From Candidatus Magasanikbacteria bacterium CG11_big_fil_rev_8_21_14_0_20_39_34 (lineage in GTDB: Bacteria > Patescibacteriota > Patescibacteriia > Magasanikbacterales > UBA922): 64,000 nt of DNA. The DNA lies in the NCBI GenBank assembly GCA_002787355.1, contig PCWN01000007.1:248996-312995 (forward strand), read 5' to 3'. Both the position numbers and the translations under genes were made by a program. Of the stretch, positions 58,777-64,000 are shown in pieces (positions within the stretch are counted from its first letter, which is position 1; every line of letters begins with the position of its first letter). Below the pieces are notes generated by a model that did no database searches, was not told the DNA's origin, and was given only the letters and a program-made list of their open reading frames with translations.

Positions 58777-59946
58777 TTACACAATGTTGCGCATAGCAAG
58801 CCCAATGGTTACTCCCATACGTGGCCCAATGGTATCCAATACGGATTTTAATCCCTGTTGGTACACCACCCTTGCCCATGGATCTCCTACAAAAACACGC
58901 ATAGGAAAACGCTGTTCTATAAAATCTTTAAACAAAGGAAAAACCGCGGAACCTCCAGTCAAGATGATCTTTTCAGGTTTTTTTTCTTCATTTCCATTTT
59001 GTTTCAAAAACAAATTAAAACTGTATTCAATTTCTTTGATAATAGGGTCTATAACCGGATGAAATAAACTATCTGGGACATTCATCTTTTCTTGATCGCT
59101 GATATCTAGCTTTATCTGTTGTGCAAGTTTTTGGTCTACTCCAAGATGTGCCGCCAAAATAGTATCAATAGACTGCCCACCCATTTGGATACTTCTGTGG
59201 GTCATAGGGAGTCCCTGATCTACAATAAAAAAGTTGGTACGCTCCGCTCCAATATCTACAATCATGGATGTAGATTTATCAAGACCCACAAGTGCACGAG
59301 CAAGAGCAAAAGCTTCTGTTTCCAACTCCTGAAGTTGCAATCCAGCTTTTTCAAAGATAGCGGTATAAAAAGCTACCAGTTGTTTGGGAGCTGCCGTGAC
59401 CAAATATTTAAAAAACTTTGGATCACGCCCATCTATATCTGGAACCTTCTGGAAAACAATTTGCATATCATCAATTTCATTGGGAAGCATCTTCTTTATC
59501 TTTGCGCGGATATGATGATTGAGTTCTTTTTCATCTACCTTTGGGAGGGTCACCAATGCATGAAAGATATAGGAAACCGGCAAACTTGCCGTTGCGTAAG
59601 AAGATGTCACCTTTGCTTCTTTGAGAAGTTGTTTCAAAATAGCACCGTATTTTTCTACACGTGCATCATCTTCAAAATGAGCAAATTTGGTTGACTTTTG
59701 TTTTTTTGGTTCTTCTTTTTCCATTTCCGGCCGCATACGTGGAGCAATCTGATGAATCTCTGGCATGGGTTCTTCTGCCAACTCATCATGATGCACTCCA
59801 TGTAAATGGACATCCAAATCCGCATCAGCAAGACCATATGTCCACAATTGTGGCCGCCCTTTTGTTTTTTTGAGCTCCACAAGTTTTATTCCACCCGCAC
59901 CAATGTCTACTCCCAAAAAAGAATCACTTTTATTTTTTCCAAACAT
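58777..59946 (-). CDS. pilM: Type IV pilus assembly ATPase-like protein PilM
   Basis: The actin-like fold N-terminus FLGVDIGAGGIKLVEL and PilM-type architecture over 389 aa. Confidence 0.8.
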   Translation of the reverse strand: MFGKNKSDSFLGVDIGAGGIKLVELKKTKGRPQLWTYGLADADLDVHLHGVHHDELAEEPMPEIHQIAPRMRPEMEKEEPKKQKSTKFAHFEDDARVEKYGAILKQLLKEAKVTSSYATASLPVSYIFHALVTLPKVDEKELNHHIRAKIKKMLPNEIDDMQIVFQKVPDIDGRDPKFFKYLVTAAPKQLVAFYTAIFEKAGLQLQELETEAFALARALVGLDKSTSMIVDIGAERTNFFIVDQGLPMTHRSIQMGGQSIDTILAAHLGVDQKLAQQIKLDISDQEKMNVPDSLFHPVIDPIIKEIEYSFNLFLKQNGNEEKKPEKIILTGGSAVFPLFKDFIEQRFPMRVFVGDPWARVVYQQGLKSVLDTIGPRMGVTIGLAMRNIV

Positions 59947-60135
59947 ACATTATAAAAATGGAAAATCAATAAATATTGTGTTTATTATACCATACCTTTC
60001 TTTTTTAAGAAAACATATTACGCAAACCAATCAAAAATTAATGGTAGACTCCTCTCTTTTTTGGAGAAATAGTACCTTGCCAAAAGTGGATAAAACCGTT
60101 ACACTTCAACCATAGATTATGAATATACATCCCTT

Positions 60136-61494
60136 ATGATACATCTTTTTAATACCCTCAGCAGAAAGAAAGAACCCCTGGAAGCGATTACTCCCGGACA
60201 CATTGGTCTGTATACTTGTGGCCCTACCGTTTACAATTATGTTCACATTGGGAACCTCAGAACCTATGTCTTTGAAGATATTCTTGTCCGAGCTCTCAAG
60301 GCGAAAGGCTACCAAGTAAATCATGTCATGAATATTACCGATGTAGGACATATCACCGGTGACGCAGATCTTGGTGAGGATAAAATGGAAAAAGGATCAA
60401 AGCGAGAAGGAAAATCCGCTTGGGATATTGCACGCATGTATACACAGGCTTTTGAGCAAAATATGATTGACCTCAATATTTTGGAGCCAAATACCTGGTG
60501 TAAAGCTACAGACCACATTCCTGAGCAGATTGCTATGGTGCAAACACTCATGGACAAGGGTTTTACCTATGAAACCAGTGACGCCCTATACTTTGATACG
60601 ACCAAGATTGATGATTACGGAAAACTCGCGAACCTCCAAAATCAACAACTCCAAGCAGGGGCCCGCGTAGAAATGGGAGAAAAAAAGAACCCGCACGACT
60701 TTGCTCTTTGGAAATGGAGCAAAGAAGGAGAAAATAGACAGATGGAATGGGATGCATTTGGAAGAAAAGGATTCCCCGGCTGGCACATAGAATGTAGTGC
60801 CATGGCGGTAAAGTATCTTGGAGAACATTTTGATATTCATTGTGGAGGGATTGATCATATTCCGGTGCATCATACCAATGAGATTGCACAGACGGAGGCA
60901 GCAACCGGTATAAAGCCTTGGGTAAATTTTTGGCTTCATGGAGAATTTCTTCTTATAGATAGTGAAAAAATGGCAAAATCTGGAGAAAACTTTATTACTC
61001 TGCAAACCCTTAAAGAAAAAAATATTGATCCCCTTGCCTATCGTTTCTTCCTCTTGCAAACGCACTACCGCAAGCAGCTCAATTTTTCTTTTGAGGCACT
61101 GGAGGCTGCAGCGGCCGGGTACAAAAAGCTCAAGCGTATGGTACGCGAAATTCCAGAGCATACCGCACGCGACCCTCGCATTCATGAGGAATTTATGAAA
61201 GCCGTGAAAGATGACCTCAACATGCCAGAAGCTTTGGCGGTACTCTTTATGGGACTCAAAGATAACCTCGTAGACCTCGAAACCATAATTGAATTTGACA
61301 AGATTCTTGGACTTAGACTCCATGATATAGAAAAAGTAGATATCTCAGATGATGTACAGTCTCTGCTTGATCGCCGACAAAAAGCTCGTGATGAAAAAAA
61401 TTGGGAGCTTGCAGATCTTCTGCGTGAGGAGATCCAATCCCTTGGGTATGTGCTTGAGGACACAAGTGATGGTCAGAAGGTAGAGAGGGAATAA
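60136..61494 (+). CDS. cysS: Cysteinyl-tRNA synthetase
   Basis: The HIGH region YTCGPTVYNYVHIGNLRT, the KMSKS motif KMAKSGENF, and the zinc-binding Cys/His residues. Confidence 0.9.
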   Translation: MIHLFNTLSRKKEPLEAITPGHIGLYTCGPTVYNYVHIGNLRTYVFEDILVRALKAKGYQVNHVMNITDVGHITGDADLGEDKMEKGSKREGKSAWDIARMYTQAFEQNMIDLNILEPNTWCKATDHIPEQIAMVQTLMDKGFTYETSDALYFDTTKIDDYGKLANLQNQQLQAGARVEMGEKKNPHDFALWKWSKEGENRQMEWDAFGRKGFPGWHIECSAMAVKYLGEHFDIHCGGIDHIPVHHTNEIAQTEAATGIKPWVNFWLHGEFLLIDSEKMAKSGENFITLQTLKEKNIDPLAYRFFLLQTHYRKQLNFSFEALEAAAAGYKKLKRMVREIPEHTARDPRIHEEFMKAVKDDLNMPEALAVLFMGLKDNLVDLETIIEFDKILGLRLHDIEKVDISDDVQSLLDRRQKARDEKNWELADLLREEIQSLGYVLEDTSDGQKVERE

Positions 61495-61515
61495 ATATTA
61501 AAAAAAGTTGCCAGT

Positions 61516-61998
61516 ATGTTAAAAGCCATTCTTAGTGACTTATCTCGTACACTCCTGTTCCCTGTGGATGAAAACTATACAGGAAAACTTAATGCACTTC
61601 ATGAAAGCTTAAAGGAAGATCCCAATTATGACATTCATAAATATTTTTTTCTGAATGAAGAACTTCTTTCTTTTTATAAAAGTATAAATAAACATATAGA
61701 TATCTATATGTTTACCACAAAATATATTCAAGAATGGCCACCACTAAAAGAACAAATGAATGGAATATTTAAAGATATTTTTAGTGGTGCACGTCTCAAC
61801 TTGAAAAAAGATGATCCAGAGGCATATAACAGAATTGCAGAAAAGATTGGACTTGAACCAAGTGAAATACTTTTTATTGACGATAGTGAAGCAAATACAG
61901 ATGCAGCAAAAGAAGCTGGTTTATTTACCATACTTTTTGAATCAAAACAAAAGGCAATTATAGATCTCAAAAAGGCATTGGAAAATTCCACAACATAG
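61516..61998 (+). CDS. HAD-superfamily hydrolase-like protein
   Basis: The N-terminus LSDLSRTLL (HAD motif I-like) and the C-terminal ILFIDDSEANTDAAKEAGL (motif IV-like). The assignment is tentative. Confidence 0.45.
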   Translation: MLKAILSDLSRTLLFPVDENYTGKLNALHESLKEDPNYDIHKYFFLNEELLSFYKSINKHIDIYMFTTKYIQEWPPLKEQMNGIFKDIFSGARLNLKKDDPEAYNRIAEKIGLEPSEILFIDDSEANTDAAKEAGLFTILFESKQKAIIDLKKALENSTT

Positions 61999-62006
61999 AA
62001 GCTTAG

Positions 62007-62471
62007 ATGGCAACCATTCTCCCCTACACAGAAACATATAAAGATGAAGTGATTCATCTTATTTTACAAGTGTATGAAAGCGAGTTACATTTTGTTGGAT
62101 ATGAGCGGCCCGATATTTATGATGTATCCGGTACATACCAGAAGAGTGACCGCAGTAACTTTTGGATAGCACTGGAAAACAATGAATTGGTAGGTACCGC
62201 TGCTATTTTTGAAAAAACCACGGATATTGCATACCTCAAAAGAATGATCGTAAGGAAAGATTATCGTAAGCAAGGACTTGGGAGAGAACTCTTGGATACA
62301 GCACTTTCTTTTGCAAAAGAAAACGGATATAAAACTGTTTATGCGGGAACGGTTCTTGAAAACCCCAATGCTATTGCATTCTATAAACGCAATGGCTTTG
62401 TAGAAGAACAACCAGCCCCAATAGATATCACAGCCTCCGGTGACTCTATTTGTCTGAAAAAAAGTTTATAA
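62007..62471 (+). CDS. GNAT family N-acetyltransferase
   Basis: The acetyl-CoA binding motif RKDYRKQGLGRELLDTALSFAKENGY. Confidence 0.75.
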   Translation: MATILPYTETYKDEVIHLILQVYESELHFVGYERPDIYDVSGTYQKSDRSNFWIALENNELVGTAAIFEKTTDIAYLKRMIVRKDYRKQGLGRELLDTALSFAKENGYKTVYAGTVLENPNAIAFYKRNGFVEEQPAPIDITASGDSICLKKSL

Positions 62472-63013
62472 AGGGATTACTAATCTATACGTATATGGAT
62501 GAAAGAAGAATGCAGGATTTATTCCATACCATAAGTCAAGATATTACAAATACTCCTGAAAATGCAGCAATGGTTTACAGATCAATGGTAAGTCAACTCA
62601 ACAAAGCAGGAAGAAAAGATATTCTTGATAATCCTATACTCTTAGATCTTGGTGGAGGAAAAGGTGAACTTTCAAAATATTTAAACCAACAAGGAGTTAC
62701 ATCAATAAGTCTTGATTATGACTCGGCAGGAGTTTCAGCAGAAGCAAACCCTGTAAAAGCAGATGCTTACCATATGCCTTTTGCAGATTCCAGTATAGAT
62801 ATAGTGCATGGCAGAGGAACCTTCGATGATACCAAGTACACACATGATTTTCCAAAACTTATAGCAGAAATAGCTCGTGTATTAAAACCAAAAGGTATCC
62901 TCTCTATAATGGACTACTCCCCGCCACCAGATACTGAGCTTGAAAAATTTTTTAAACGACTTACGGATCCAGATGACGATACATTCGCTTTATGGGAAAA
63001 AAGAGAAAGTTAA
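62450..63013 (+). CDS. Class I SAM-dependent methyltransferase
   Basis: Motif I is ILLDLGGGKGELS, and the acidic motif II is SLDYD. Confidence 0.7.
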   Translation: MSEKKFIKGLLIYTYMDERRMQDLFHTISQDITNTPENAAMVYRSMVSQLNKAGRKDILDNPILLDLGGGKGELSKYLNQQGVTSISLDYDSAGVSAEANPVKADAYHMPFADSSIDIVHGRGTFDDTKYTHDFPKLIAEIARVLKPKGILSIMDYSPPPDTELEKFFKRLTDPDDDTFALWEKRES

Positions 63014-63049
63014 AATGATTGAGAAAAATATAAAGTAATGTCTTAGTTT

Positions 63050-63373
63050 ATGAAATCCATAAAATTTAGAGAAAATTTGAGTAAACTTATTCTTCAGGGA
63101 GAAAAGGACACCACATGGAGACTCTTTGATGATAAGGATTTGACAGAAGGTGATGTGCTCAATTTTTTGGTATGGGAAACAGGAGAAGAATTTGCGACAG
63201 CAAAAATTATAGACGTAAAAGAAACGACTTTCCAAAACCTAACAGAGGAAGACTGGGCCGGACATGAAAAATTTGTTTCAGATGAAGAAATGTATAAAAG
63301 GTATACAGAATATTACAAACGTGAAGTAACACCTGACACAAAAGTAAAAATCATAAAGTTTGAATTGGTATGA
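63050..63373 (+). CDS. ASCH (PUA-like) domain protein
   Basis: A 107-aa protein with an N-terminal LILQGEKDTTWR pattern typical of ASCH domains. Confidence 0.5.
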   Translation: MKSIKFRENLSKLILQGEKDTTWRLFDDKDLTEGDVLNFLVWETGEEFATAKIIDVKETTFQNLTEEDWAGHEKFVSDEEMYKRYTEYYKREVTPDTKVKIIKFELV

Positions 63374-63813
63374 AAACTTCCCAATGTGACTTTTGTAGTC
63401 TTCCAGAAATTCAAATGCGCACCATATTAGAAGATGAATACGCTTGGGCCTTTCCTACCAAAATGCCTATTGTCCCCGGACATATACTTATCTGTCCCAA
63501 ACGGTGTATTGCCGTAATAGATGATCTCCAACCACAAGAATGGGCCTCTATTCTACAAATTACCCTACTCCTAAAAAAAGCACTTCAAAAATCATTTGGT
63601 GCCGTGGGATTTAACTACGCACTCAACGAGCATGAAGTTGCAGGTCAAACAGTTCCGCATATCCATTTTCATCTCATACCAAGAAAAGAAGGAGACACAG
63701 GCATTTGGAATTATGAACCCAGAAAATTTCTTTACCGCCCAGATAGGAGAACAACGACTCCTGAAGAAGAAATTCTTGAAATCACGAGTATTTTGAAAAA
63801 TGCCCTGCAGTAG
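63370..63813 (+). CDS. HIT family nucleotide hydrolase/transferase
   Basis: The histidine triad is VPHIHFHLIPR. Confidence 0.8.
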   Translation: MKTSQCDFCSLPEIQMRTILEDEYAWAFPTKMPIVPGHILICPKRCIAVIDDLQPQEWASILQITLLLKKALQKSFGAVGFNYALNEHEVAGQTVPHIHFHLIPRKEGDTGIWNYEPRKFLYRPDRRTTTPEEEILEITSILKNALQ

Positions 63814-63910
63814 TGTAGGAGGGTTTTAGATATATAAAACCCTCCATGAATACTCGAAACGCCTACCAAAGTTTTATCAAATTTTACATTGATTCACAAT
63901 AATTAAATAA

Positions 63911-63939
63911 AAATACTCTTTTCTGAAGAGTATTTTTAT
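63911..63939 (+). terminator. Rho-independent terminator after the HIT gene
   Basis: AAATACTCTT-ttctg-AAGAGTATTT is a perfect 10-bp hairpin followed by TTTAT. Confidence 0.5.
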
Positions 63940-64000
63940 CTTGTCTTTTTATTTTTTAAGTAGCACTTCTTTCTTCTTGAAGCCCATCAATAAACTTTTG

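Noticed and set aside
59947-60135. A T-box or other leader upstream of cysS. AATTAATGGTAGAC weakly resembles the T-box sequence
   Set aside because: Only about 10 of 17 positions match. The leader is under 190 nt and has no convincing terminator/antiterminator pair. Support is insufficient.

Overview
This window is about 64 kb from a compact, low-GC bacterial genome that uses the standard genetic code, with densely packed and often slightly overlapping genes. The gene content suggests a small-genome lineage such as CPR/Patescibacteria; this is an inference.

Most of the window is conserved housekeeping:
- mrdA(partial)-mreDCB, proS, a DUF721 protein and a UvrD-like helicase fused to a Cas4-like nuclease.
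- A complete F0F1 ATP synthase operon (atpZ?-BEFHAGDC).
- GNAT, tatD, capA-like, cvpA, metG and rsmI.
- A secreted D-Ala-D-Ala-carboxypeptidase-like repeat protein, priA-like, def-fmt, alr, msrB, recQ, lgt, a tandem LOG-LOG protein, gatCA, ligA, cysS, and small HAD/GNAT/methyltransferase/ASCH/HIT genes.
- A type IV pilus block: pilM, a REC-only response regulator, a pilin, and pilD.

Four things are not housekeeping:
1. An 1818-aa multidomain secreted protein with an internal tandem duplication, adjacent to a 755-aa beta-propeller lipoprotein.
2. An AT-rich accessory island of about 3.7 kb (about 44.9-48.6 kb) next to a tRNA-Ser(GGA) gene. It contains a nucleoside-2-deoxyribosyltransferase-like small protein, two membrane proteins, a protein with a HEPN-like Rx5H motif and a tiny Arg-rich ORF. 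No integrase is present.
3. At least two promoter-plus-terminator candidate sRNAs that are GC-rich relative to the genome.
4. A cluster of structured GC-rich elements and a long nested palindrome in the gatC-ligA spacer.

No CRISPR array, rRNA or transposase was seen.
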